DNA of 64,000 bases. Source: Owenia fusiformis (lineage: Eukaryota). Location of the stretch: contig CAIIXF020000001.1 of assembly GCA_903813345.2 (NCBI GenBank), positions 18,786,001-18,850,000 on the forward strand. Reading direction: 5' to 3'. Shown in pieces: positions 47,690 to 60,410 of this stretch; the stretch's first letter is position 1; each line of letters opens with the position of its first letter. A program made the translations under genes and the position numbers. The notes beneath the pieces were generated by a model. The model did not search any database, was not told the DNA's origin, and was given only the letters and a program-made list of their open reading frames with translations.

Positions 47690-48861
47690 TAAATCACATT
47701 GTTTTCATGCTGTGTGTAGTATATGTTATAGGCCTTGGATTTGAAGTCTATAGCCTTGCACATGTTGTAATAAATCGTTTCCCACTTGGCTGTATACTCT
47801 ATATATTGATAAAACCTTGGTCTGAGGTAAAGGTTATATGGTGATTGAATGGGTTATTCAGATATTCATCAAGTGAATATCTTTGAATTAATCTCCAAGG
47901 TTCTCTAGGAAATACGATGCATTTAGATGAAGACATTTAATTGTCATGTGAAATATTGAAAATGATTCTCTCATTCCTGCAATATTTGTAATGATACTGA
48001 ATGTAAGTGATGGAACAAATATACCTGTTGGTAGGCAATGTTGAATTTCAAATAAAAGATTTACTATGATTATTAATTAAATGTGTTATTTTGGTACTAT
48101 CAAATATGGAATGTTGTATTTTATAAAGTGTTTAAGTTTATAATCCTGTTTCAAATTGAAATCAATGTGAACTAAAGCATATTAACATGACAAAATGTCA
48201 CCACCTTGTAAGTTATTGCAAATTGTTACAGTCGCTGAACTCTGTATGCTGACCACCAACAATATAATAGAGGTATGTCACCATTTTCACCATAAAGATT
48301 GATTATAAAACTCCAACTTATTTTACCAAAAGACAATTTAGTAATTATTAGTTTTGTCAGTCAATTAGTTTTTAGTACATTTCCAAATCTGAATTATTAA
48401 ACTCTTATTTCAGCCTTACCACAATCCAAGCAATTGTACTTTTGAATTTAATAGTGAACAGTCAAATTCAACCAAAGTTGTGCGGGGATAATATGTATAT
48501 CTAGATTTGCATCGCTACATAAGTTTGGCAACTTGAAGTCCCATTGAATAGCTTGTTAAAATCTGTTAATGTTTCAATTTTAGTTGTTATTTCATCACCA
48601 AGAAGTTTTGAAATATTTTTTTAACTTCCTGTTTCTCAATTTGTGGAAACGCATGGCATGGTCATGCAAAAATGGCATTGCCATTTGTTACAGACACCAA
48701 CCACCATTTACCAGCCACAAAACACACACCAACCACAAAAAGTTATAGTCTGTGATGGTGGTGACAGTTGCCAAACTTATTTTTGAGGGGAGTATACTCA
48801 GAATACACATGCTAGAGACAACAAAAGAAGAGTAAACACAAGATAATTTATCAGCCTACTA

Positions 48862-49096
48862 CAGTGCTCACCATAAATAAATGACACCTGGATTTGCTGA
48901 AGTGAGGATTTGCCATGTTAAAAATAAGAGAATTTTTAAGTGACCATACATTAGTAGTTGAGAGTATACAAAATATAAAACATACAAAATAAGGGATATT
49001 TATCTATCCATTATTGGAAAGTATGAAGTCTCAAATCACCATGGTCTCGGAATGGTGATAGAAAATCAAGATGCCATTTATTTATGGTGAGCACTG
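48862..49096. mobile_element. Tc1/mariner-type MITE
   Basis: ta-cagtgctcaccataaataaatg ... catttatttatggtgagcactg-ta. Confidence 0.85.
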
Positions 49097-50699
49097 TAGA
49101 GCAACTGAGTGCCCTAAGAAAAAGAGGTTAATTATCTCATAGAACAAAGTTCGGGGAGACAAAGAGCACGCCGCTGTCTGGGCTATAACTCTGAGAGCGT
49201 TGACCTGATATTGTTCATGATTTACCCACCAGACACAGTTGATCATAACAATGGTTAAGGAATCAAATGACACATATTAAAGTGACATAAATTGCAATAA
49301 AACTTTGAAACCTTGAAAATTAAACATTTCCATCCATCTCTCATCCTGGGAGAGGATATTACTCATGATCATATGTGTTTATTAGGAGACCCTTGGTCTT
49401 TTCAGAGTTGGGTTGATAAATTATTACCCTGGGGACCTTACTTAGAAGGAAACATATTTTCTGAAGAGAAATGTCAATTTCATATACATGGTGACAAAAT
49501 ACTCATGGTCAAAGATATGAATGGCTAATATTATTCTCCACACCATACCCGGTCCTTTAAGCATTTTATACTTGTTATAATCATTTTATTCAGCCTATAA
49601 AGCATTCGCTTACACCATTACAAATTCCATTCAAAATCATTTCTGAACGTGACTAAAAATGATCCAGTCATTATCCAATGATGTGTCCTTGCTACCTAGA
49701 TATAGTATTTGTTGACCTTCAGTGACTTGTTGGTCCTAAAAAGGTCTCAAGAAATAAAAATTCTGAGGGCAAGTATTGTCAAACAATATAGTCCATCTAG
49801 GGGGTCTCCATAACATTACTTAGAATCTTATGTGAAGTTAAATGTTTAGAAACGAATTGCACACAAAAATGGGTAGAGTGAACTTCTTAATATCTGGGTT
49901 ATCACAGTATGGCATCATATAGAAAAGAACGTGGACACTTTGACCTAGCTGTTTATACTTTGTTCTACAAACATCTCATTCATAAGTTGATTATTTTGAA
50001 TGAAAGGAATGGCGTAATTTGAACACATGAAACTTTTTAAAATATTAGTTCACTAATAGAGGGAGCAGCCTAACCCCATTTATTAGGCAGGCTACGCTGG
50101 GTATTTTCTATCGAATATATTTATTTCAATTGGTTAATTCTACTGAATATGGTTATTGTGAATTATCCAGAATACCATGTCAAGATTAATTTCAGATACG
50201 CAAATTCTACATTTCAGTATGTTGCCCGCTGAAATGAATTTATTAGTATTATTACCACCTTAAGCCCAGGGTTGAAATACCAAGATCAGATTGTCACTGA
50301 ACGAAAATTATACACACTGAATGATAGCTCATTTCCCAGGGAACGTTTCGGCCCGCCACGACAGACCCCTGCAAGGTGGTAATAATTACAAATACAATAT
50401 TTCAGCAACTAAGACTAATAAAAAGAACACAAAAAAGCTCCTTATCTTATTCTCATTTATATTTCCATTCTTATAAATATGCTTATAATTCTTTTTTTTA
50501 AATAGTGAAAAAATTTCCTTGTATTGTACACACTACACATATATGTATTCCCATGTTTATATTTGAAAACCTGAAGGCTTTTGGTATCACATTATGACAA
50601 ATTTTCAGATATGGTAGGTTACTAAATGATTCAACTAAATATAAAAAATATTGTACCCAAGAAATCCATCAATTCGATGGCATAATATCTTCATATTTT

Positions 50700-50705
50700 T
50701 TTATT
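50700..50705 (-). terminator. Likely NIP7 polyadenylation signal
   Basis: AATAAA on the minus strand ~385 nt after the stop codon. Confidence 0.45.
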
Positions 50706-51088
50706 CAATTGTACTCTGATCGTCCTTACGTCCTTGCAAAGGTCCAGACACCATCCAGAAATAAAGAAGGAACAATGACGTGGATGGTGCCTGAAGCCTT
50801 GCACCTTCACAGAAGATGTGATACTTGGGATATAAGGCTTTTGAATTGTATTTTAACACAAGATGTTTCAGATGTCAATGGGCATGGTACAATGACTTAG
50901 AGTGTATGAATTCTGTATCAATGTTGTAAAAATACAGGATATATTGACACCAGACGTGTCAATCAGTTCACTAAAAATCTTTCCGTCATTAAATAATGGC
51001 ATATCTCATGATTGTACCATATGAAGTGACGGGAATGAGTATGCCCCATCATCCCAAACAGAAATGTTTTCCATATGATCCTATATGA

Positions 51089-51208
51089 TCAAAGTAAGTG
51101 TTCCTCACTCCGAATGTATTCACCTACATCTGCCTGGTGGAATGCTACTATAGTCATTGGGTCTGTGTGTCGGCATTCTTGTGTTGACTTGGCTGCAACT
51201 CCAAATCC
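51089..51208 (-). CDS. NIP7: NIP7 terminal exon
   Basis: [39 protein letters not shown]. Confidence 0.95.
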   Translation of the reverse strand, partial: GFGVAAKSTQECRHTDPMTIVAFHQADVGEYIRSEEHLL

Positions 51209-54200
51209 CTGGAAAAACAATCAAATGATCAAATCAAGAGGCACATTGTAAAGGGACTAACACTTGGGGTCAGGCAGTTAACTGAAACCATGAATCTCTG
51301 ACTGTCACGGCCTCGGCAATTCATTTGGTTCAGAAAAATCGTTCGGTTCGGTTTTTAATGGAATGTTAAGTGAGGCAAAATTACTCTTCTTAAATGCACA
51401 TTGTTTAAATAACGTAGTTCGAAAAATGCCTGAAGTAAAAATTGCTGATCGATGTGAACGATACAGACAAAGGCGTTAAATAGAGTATTTAAACAGGCTA
51501 ATTTTGTTTTTTTCTTTACCATAGCAGAATTTTTTTAGTGCGATAAGAAGAATAACAGAACCAAATACCAAACCGATGGGAGTCAAAAACTGAACCGAAT
51601 CAAACCGAATATTTTGAAACAGTCTAACGATAATCGGCACACATAATGCACATAGTAACATTTAGAGCAGGGTGCACTTAGTACAGAATTTATCCGTGTA
51701 GCAGTACTCTAGCACTTAGACTTACTCCTAGTCAAAGTGACCTTGGTGCTTATGCCTGCCAAGACAGAGTGTCATTAAAAAAGTGGTATTGAGAGAAAGG
51801 GCTCTTGCTAGGCTTTTGGACTGTGGCCCAGCACCAAAGTTTATTTAGCCCTCCCCACAACCTATTGGCAAATCATGATTGTTTCCACAGTCTAAACTTG
51901 ACTAAATACACAACAATAGCATGTTAAAAGGATAAAATATAACATAAATATGATACATCACGACTAAACTGGTTATGCTGAAGATGTTTCCAGCACACCC
52001 TTTCCTGGTGAGAGAGCGTTTGGGTCCCCAGTTGTAAGGTGTCAAAGATTACATTTTTCACAAAAATGGCTACCATTTTGAAATCAGTGGCCATATTGAA
52101 AATTTCTTCTCGACAAGAGGTCCTACACCAATACAGCATAAGCCTATAAAATTTGAACCAAATCAGTTGACCTGTTTTTGAGTTATCGCCCAGACACACA
52201 AATGAATGGATGGATGAACAGATGAATGGATGGACGGCTTCTCTATCTCTACGAACTTTGTTGGGATAATTAAACCTCTATAAGTTTTAACCTATACATG
52301 TGCAACCATTAAAAAATTATGTTTTGTTTCTTATGATTGTTTACTTAGCATCGCCCTTGAAAAACATGTCAGTTTTAAAATAAAAATATTTTTCAAAATG
52401 TCATGTCCACCTTGACATATACCTACCAACAATGTCAACAAATACAGTGTGAGCCAAAAATGGTAATCCAAACTAATCTTATTAACTCAGTCATCCGTTT
52501 GGCATCAAATTTGGCACAATTAAACCTAGTTCAGTGTTCTTTCATTCCACCAAGTTTCATTGGTCTAGTCTAAATGGTCAAGATTTTATGATCATTTTAC
52601 AAAACATGCTCGAAATGCCGATCTTGTCTCAATGCAAACTTGAATACATAGGGTGAAGTTTTCTGACTACACGCTCACAGATATCTTGTGCAATGGCTCT
52701 CATTTTTCTTTTCTTTCAACTCTCTGGTGCTTCTAGGGTTGTTAGTAGAGGTGTCATGGAACAAGAAAAAGTCAGGAATGGTCCAGTTCGGAACATTTGG
52801 CTTCGGAACGGAACAATTTCGGAACGGTTCTGGAACAAAGTGACTATGTGTATTATACTCTAACTTGCCTCATTTATTGTAGGACAAGATCTAGTCATTT
52901 GCAACAAAACTACTTAATTTTGCGAGTCTATGAACAATGACTGGATATCTAGCTTGTACAGGAAATAAAAAAATTAGATCTACGTGTCCTAGAAGTAGAT
53001 CTCCAAATCGAACTGGGAAGAAAAACAAAAATTAACGATCAATTCACCTCACTCTGGTCCCGCTGAACCTAACCCCGATCAAGGGATTATCGCAATATTT
53101 CCAAACATGGATTTTCCAGTCCTTCGAAGCGTCTTCAATACATACATTGTTTCTCAGGTTTCAGCAGGTTTTGAGTTTAGCCTCCGCCATGATCAGTGCA
53201 AAGTCGCTGATCATACTACTCGAGAAAGATAAATCCTCAGCATATTTAGTATGTATAAAATAAGTTGATCGACTAGGTCTACCTGGTAGCAAAAACCTTT
53301 TGAAATCTCTTCAACGAGGAGTGAAAAAATGGACTTCTTTCGATGACAAATGTGTAAAGGTAAGATTTTCTTGTTCCGGAATCAAACCGAAATGTTGAAT
53401 AATTGTTCCGTGTTTGGACCCGAGAGTCTAGTTCCGCGGAACGGAACAAAATCAGGTATCCGTGACACCTCTAGTTCTTAGTTTACATTATCTTTGAGCA
53501 TGTTTTGTAAAAAGACCAATGAAATTTACTAATGAAAGAAGAACACTTGGTTCAATTGTGCCAAATATGACTTAAAACCAATACTAGATGACTAAGTTAT
53601 TAATATTTGTTTGGGTTGCCTTTTTGGCTCACCCTGTAGAAGGTTTTTATCACATGGGATCAGAATAAATGCAACTATAGACTAAAGAACTCATAGCCTT
53701 AATACACTATAACCAGAACAACGGCAACGCCAAAGCGTAGCGAATCCCATCGAACAGCCATGGAAGGCATTTTTACAAATAACAAAGTATATAGCAAAAA
53801 TGGCAGGCATTTTTCAAAATGGCCGCCTTCTACCAAAAGTGTCATTAGACCATTTGCCATACTTATAGTATTCACAAACCAAATATGAACAAAATCGCTC
53901 CACTACTTTTCGAGTTATAGTAAAATATGTTAAAATGGCGGCCATTTTGAAAAATGGCTGCCTTCTACCAAAAGTGTCATTAGACAGTGTGCCATGCTTA
54001 CAGTATTCACATGCCAAATATGAACAAAATCGCTTCACTACTTTTCGAATTATTATAAAATACATTAAAATGGCGGCCATTTTTCAAATTTTTTTTCAAA
54101 ATGGCCACTTTCTACTAAAAGTGTCATAAGATAGTGTGTCATGCTTTTAGTATTCACCTACCAAATATGAACAAAATCGCTCCACTACTTTTCGAGTTAT

Positions 54201-57200
54201 AGTAAAATACGTTAAAATGGCGACCATTTTTCAAAATGGCCGCCTTCTACCAAAAGTGTCATTAGACAGTGTGCCATGCTTTTAGTATTCACCTACCAAA
54301 TATGAACAAAATCGCTCCACTACTTTTCGAGTTATAGTAAAATACGTTAAAATGGCGACCATTTTTCAAAATGGCCGCCTTCTACCAAAAGTGTCATTAG
54401 ACAGTGTGCCATCCTTATAGTATTCACATACCAAATATGAACAAAATCGCTTCACTACTTTTCGAGTTATAGTAAAATAGGTTAAAATGGCGGCCATTTT
54501 TCAAAATGGCGGCCATTTTTTAAAATGGCCACTTTCTACCAAAAGTGTCTTTAGACAGTGTGCAATGTTTATAGTATTCACATACCAAATATGAACAAAA
54601 TCGCTCCACTACTTTTCGAGTTACAGCAAAAATCGTAAAATAACGAGTAAAGGCCGCCATTTTTCAAGATGGCTGCCATGTGCTTCTTTAATATCTACAT
54701 TTCTAGCTTTATTAATGTCCTATATAATTTTTCTACATCTAAAACATATTGCTATTACAGTTTTACATATTGCACCTAAATTACTGTAAATTCGGCACTA
54801 AAATGGCCGCCATTTTGAAATGAGCGGCCATTTTGAAAATCAGCTTTCGAGCAGAACTTCTACCCCCATAGGGTATATGTGTACAAAATATGAACAAAAT
54901 CGGGCCAACGGTATTTGAGTTATTGCCCGGACGGACGGACGGACGGACGTACGGACGGACGGACGGACGGACAGACGGACGGACGGAGGCGTTCCCTATA
55001 TCCCTCCGAACTTCGTTCGATGGGATAATTATTATTCATTCAGAAATCACATCCCAGCAGGTTGATTTTTTCATCAATCTCTTAAAGACCTTCATTCACA
55101 CTCCAGTGACAGCCAATTGTGTTAAATTTTAGATTTTTGACCAAATTTCTTTCAAAATCATGCAGTTTTCACCATTTTGAGCACTTTCCAAGTGATTTGG
55201 GGAAACCCTGTCAAATATGAACCCCCTGGATTTTTTAAAAACTGAACCCCCTTGGCAAAAGCTGGCTTAAGGCCTGGAGGTGCCTTTAATTAGTAATAAT
55301 TATGACTCTAAAACTACTCCCATTGTATTTGTATGAGCACATGGTAAAACATGTGAGTTCAATGAACTGGTCACATGCTTTGTCATGTGATTTCATATTT
55401 TCACATGCTAATCCATGTGCTTTTAGGTATTTTTCTATTTCTATATTGGAATACCATGTACATGTATGTATATCACATGTTTAATAATGTGCTGAATTAG
55501 TGATTTGAGCTTTGTTTTAATATTTATCAGGACTTGATACAAATATCACTGAGTTAATCACAATTAGAATGATTAAACCTAAAAAGCAGTTTTGTATTGT
55601 ATTGCCCCTTAAAGGTACCATCCGCATAAGATTTTCAAACCTTCTATTTGGAACATAAATTCAAAATATAATTTTCATGACAAACACAGTTTGTAAATAA
55701 TTCATTCATCGCTTTGATCTATTAATTAGGAAGATGTTTGAAATTCACAAATAACTTATTTACATTCAATAGATTTTAAAAATTAACGAATTCATATATG
55801 TCATAATTCTCTATTTAAAAAATATAGACTTCAGAGCAGGTGTAATATCGACGAATACATACTGCAGGGCTAAGCACATTTTTTCTGTAAGCTTTTGTGC
55901 CTAGCCATACGGTATGTATTCGTCGATGCGATATAACACCTGCTCTGAGGTCTATATTATGATTCAAACATGGAATCTCATTAAAATTTTTCGAATATTC
56001 ATGTTGGCCCGCCATTACTACGACCCGCCATTATGATGTCACACATTACTCATATTACCAGGTGCAGTGTCGATGAATACATGCCGGGTGAAAAATTGAC
56101 TTTGTTCACAGTTTAAAGAAGGCGTGAAAACAATCATGTTTGAATTGTTAATATTATATATATACTCACCAATGGAGTGTCATTCATTGCACACACTATA
56201 ATGCCCTGGTATTGTTGAGTGTTCTCTGTTATTCTGCCTAGACCATTCTTCATGATGTGGTGCCCATATAGGAACTGCTGCTCAGCACTAGGCTTTACCC
56301 AAATTTTAAACTGAAAATAATTTTTCATAAATAACAATAAACAACTCGCTTGATAATTAGTCCCGGGTAATTAGTATATCCCTTTGATATATAACATGGA
56401 TAGCAGTTTTTAATTTGAAACACCAGTAACTTTAAAAATGACAATTGATATAGCATATTTCACAAGATTGACTGACTAAAACATTGAAAAAAGACAAGGC
56501 ATTAACATGACAAAATGTCACCACCTAAAACAATTTGGTCAATTTAAAGCAAGTTGGAAAATACCTTTTGATCTTAAGAAGGTTTGATTTGAACTTCTTA
56601 GAACTTGTAGATGATTTTGAAAAAAAATTCGTCAATTTGAAGCAAGTTGAAAAAAGACCTTTTTGACCTTGAGAAGGTCATTGAAGGTCAAAGGTCAAAT
56701 CTAAAGTCAGATTTGAACTTCTGAAAAGATGTAGACGATTTTGAAAAAAAAATTTGGTCAATTTGAAGCAAGTTGAAAACAGACCTTTTTGACCTTTTTT
56801 GACCTTGAGAAGGTCATTAAAGGTCAAATGTCAAATCTAAAGTCAGATTTGAATTTCTGAGAACACGTAGATGATTTTGAAAAAAAAAATTAGTCAATTT
56901 GAAGCAAGTTGAAAAAAGACCTTTTTGACCTTTTTTGACCTTGAGAAGGTCATTGAAGGTCAAATGTAAAATCTCAAGTCAAATCTAAAGTCATATTTGA
57001 ATTTCTGAGAACATGTAGATGATTTTGAAAAAAAAAATTAGTCAATTTGAAGCAAGATGAAAAAATACCTTTTTGATCTTTTTTGACATTGAGAAGGTCA
57101 TTGAAGGTCAAATGTCAAATCTAAAGTCAGATTTGAATTTCTGAGAACATGTAGATGATTTTGAAAAAAAATTTAGTCAATTTGAAGCAAGTTGAAAAAA

Positions 57201-58149
57201 GACCTTTTTGACCTTTTTTGACCTTGAGAAGGTCATTGAAGGTCAAATGTCAAATCTTAAGTCAAATCTTAAGTCAGATTTGAATTTCTGAGAACACGTA
57301 GATGATTTTGAAAAAAAATTTAGTCAATTTGAAGCAAGTTGAAAACAGACCTTTTTGACCTTGAGAAGGTCATTGAAGGTCAAATGTCAAATCTAAAGTC
57401 AGATTTGAAGGTCAAATGTCAAATCTAAAGTCAGATTTGAATTTCTGAGAACATGTAGATGATTTTGAAAAAAAATTTAGTCAATGTGAAGCAAGTTGAA
57501 AAAAGACCTTTTTGACCTTGAGAAGGTCATTGAAGGTCAAATGTCAAATCTAAAGTCAGATTTGAACTTCTGAGAACATGTAGATGATTTAGAAAAAAAT
57601 TGAAGTCAGTCTAAACAGTATTTGTTAAGTCATAGGAAGTTGTAAGAAATTGTTACAGACGCCGGACGCCGGACGCCAACCGCCGGACACCAACCGCCGG
57701 ACGCCAACCGCCGTCGCAAAAAAAAACGGAGACCATAACAATATGTCACCACTTTTGGTGGTGACATAATAACAAATTACATCAACATTATGTAACAGAA
57801 TCACTGAGACTTGACCAAACTCTATTAGTGACTTAATTTGTTCACGGAGGTCTGCTTACTGAACCAACTGCAGTGATATATGAAAAATAGGATATACCTT
57901 GTGAGCTAGACTGTCAAGTGGTAAATCTTCTTATAATGTTGTTTTACTGAACCCAGCGTTTATATGGTACTACTAGAGATATAAAATATTGTAGATATTA
58001 TCTTTCATACCTTAGCATATGGGGCGAGGAAATCTAATGCTGTTACATGAAGACGGAATTTTCCTGATTTGGTGAATTTGCCGAAACAGGTTCCGAAACT
58101 CACAAGATTTTCCCTCGAAGCATGAGCTGCTTTTTTCATGAGGTCTTCT
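51089..58149 (-). CDS. NIP7: 60S ribosome subunit biogenesis protein NIP7, last three coding exons; 5' exons outside the window
   Basis: Exons 58149-58011, 56310-56170, 51208-51089 translate to ...[28 protein letters not shown] / [31 protein letters not shown] / [13 protein letters not shown]...[17 protein letters not shown]. Confidence 0.96.
52445..53636. mobile_element. Tc1/mariner-type MITE containing a nested hAT element
   Basis: ta-cagtgtgagccaaaaa ... tttttggctcaccctg-ta, arms alignable for ~170 bp. Confidence 0.75.
52746..53473. mobile_element. Non-autonomous hAT element
   Basis: tagaggtgtcatgga / tccgtgacacctcta; 8-bp TSD gttgttag / gttcttag; subterminal cggaac repeats. Confidence 0.8.
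53711..55028 (+). mobile_element. HINE family B with ~6 x ~135 bp core repeats and (GGAC)n
   Basis: Subterminal IR atcccatcgaac (53744-53755) / gttcgatgggat (55015-55026), tandem cores from 53816, microsatellite 54930-54986; degraded 3' fragment near 52060-52270. Confidence 0.8.
56170..56310 (-). CDS. NIP7: NIP7 penultimate exon (PUA domain)
   Basis: [47 protein letters not shown]. Confidence 0.96.
56494..57770 (+). mobile_element. HINE family A, full copy with ~8 core repeats
   Basis: Intact 5' end, tandem cores, gacgccg microsatellite-like tract and 3' hairpin at 57743-57767. Confidence 0.85.
58011..58149 (-). CDS. NIP7: NIP7 internal exon
   Basis: [46 protein letters not shown]. Confidence 0.96.
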
Positions 58150-58818
58150 CTGTAATAAATAACAAAAAATACTTTTGACGATTAAGATGGGAAAACATGG
58201 GTCAAATCATATTTACATATCCATTCAAAATATGTTATATAAAATAAGCTAAGTTCAGTAGCATAGCCAGGAAGAAAAAGCGACAAGGCGAAAAATATTA
58301 CTCGTTGAAAAAAGCGACAAGGCAAGAGCCTCGTGTGCCTCATCCTGGCTTCAATACAACATTTCCATTATTTAGATTAAAAATGGTGGCTATGTAAATC
58401 AGACAGAAATATGAATGGGAATTATGATGGAAATAGAAGAACACGATGATAAACCGGGATGATAACCCTTTACGTGATGAGATTATGCACAATTGAATCA
58501 GAATTTGATGACTAAAACTAACAAGCCACAGGGTGAACAGAATCGCACCCTTGAACAGAATACACTTTTCGGGAAGGAAAATTCAAAATGGCCACCTTAA
58601 CATTTACCCAGACTGACTAAAAACTAATCAGTTCTAAACATTCCATAGAAACATCTCTAAAATTTTAGGATGAATCCATGAAACCTGTAAACAACCCTCA
58701 AGAGACACGTTTTAAGGTATTACTCCAAAGTGTATCAGCTTTTTTTCTACAATTCAGATTTTCCTGAAAAAAATCCTGGTGAAAGATATACTGACTAGAA
58801 TACTGATGTATTACAAAA

Positions 58819-59025
58819 CAGGCCCGTAGCCAGGATTTGCCAAGGGGGGGTTCACTTTTTGGAAAATTCCAGGGGGGGGGTTCACTTTTGACAATTTGGG
58901 TCCAAAAAGGGCCAAAATCACTTAAAAAGTGCTCAAAATGGTGAAAAACTGCATGATTTTGAAAGAATTTTTGGCCAGGGGGGGGTTCGCCCGAACCATG
59001 CGAACCCCCCCTGGCTACGGGCCTG
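58819..59025. mobile_element. GC-rich MITE with 5-bp TSD (hAT5-like)
   Basis: caggcccgtagccagg / cctggctacgggcctg; caaaa on both sides; empty site ttacaaaatatg near 61466. Confidence 0.88.
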
Positions 59026-59159
59026 CAAAATATGTGAAAATTGGAATGATTGACCGTTTAGTTATTTCTAAAAAAAATGTTTTAATTTAAAATTGCTCTC
59101 AATGGGAAATTATTTTTTATTTTTTAAAACAAGCCTTCACACAAGCCCTCACAGACACG

Positions 59160-60410
59160 ATTTTAGGACGAAAAATCCAAAATGGCCACCTTAACATTTA
59201 CCAACAAGAATGCCGAAAAACTAATCAGTTCTAAACTATAAAATGTTTTAATTTAACATTGCTCTCAATGGGAAATTATTTTTTATTTTTTAAAACAAGC
59301 CCTCACAGACACGATTTTAGGACGAAAAATCCAAAATGGCCACCTTAACATTTACCAAGAATGCCGAAAAACTAATCAGTTCTAAATATTTATAGGTAGG
59401 AACATCCCTGAGAATTTCAAATGAATCCCTCAAACGGTTTGGCTGGAAACCTGTAGACAAGCCTTGACAGACAAAATTTTAGGACGGAAAATCCAAAATG
59501 GCCGTCTTAACATTTATCCAGAATGTCAAAAAACTAATCAGTTCTAAACTTTCATAGGTAGAAACATCCCTGAGAATTTCAAATGAATCCCTCAAAGGGT
59601 TTGGCTGGAAACCTGTAGACAAGCCTTGACAGACAAGATTTTAGGATGGAAAATCCAAAAAGGCTGCCTTAACATTTACCCAGAATGCCGAAAAACTAAT
59701 CAGTTATAAACTTTCATAGGTAGAAACACCCCTGAGAATTTCAAATGAATCACTCAAAAGGTTTGGCTGGAAACCTGTAGACAAGCCTTGACAGACAAGA
59801 TTTAAGTACGGAAAATCCAAAATGGCCGCCTTAACATTTATCCAGAATGCTGAAAAACTAATCAGTTCTAAACTTTCATAGGTAGAAACATCCCTGAAAA
59901 TTTCAAATGAATCCCTCAAACAGTTTGGCTGGAAACCTGTAGACAAGCCTTAACAGACAAGATTTTAGGACGGAAAATCCAAAAAGGCCGCCTTAACATT
60001 TACCCAGAATGCCGAAAAACTAATCAGTTCTAAACTTTCATAGGTAGAAACATCCCTGAAAATTTCAAATGAATCCCTCAAACAGTTTGGCTGGAAACCT
60101 GTAGACAAGCCTTGACAGACAAGATTTTAGAATGGAAAATCCAAAATGGCCACCTTAACATTTACACAGAATGCCGAAAAACTAATCAGTTCTAAACTTT
60201 CATAGGTAGAAACATCCCTGAGAATTTCAAATGAATCCCTCAAACGGTTTGGCTGGAAACCTGTAGACAAACCTTGACAGACAAGATTTTAGGACGGAAA
60301 ATCCAAAATGGCCACCTTAACATTTACCCAGAATGCCGAAAAACTAATCAGTTCTTAACTTTCATAGGTAGAAACATACCTGAGAATTTCAAATGAATCC
60401 CTCCTGTAGA
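59160..60410 (+). repeat. 162 bp satellite-like array (HINE-like family C cores)
   Basis: aaaatccaaaatggc... recurs about every 162 bp, ~8 units; fewer units in the duplicate at ~61590-62210; HINE-like 5' end aacaagccacagggtg at 58520 and 61176. Confidence 0.85.
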
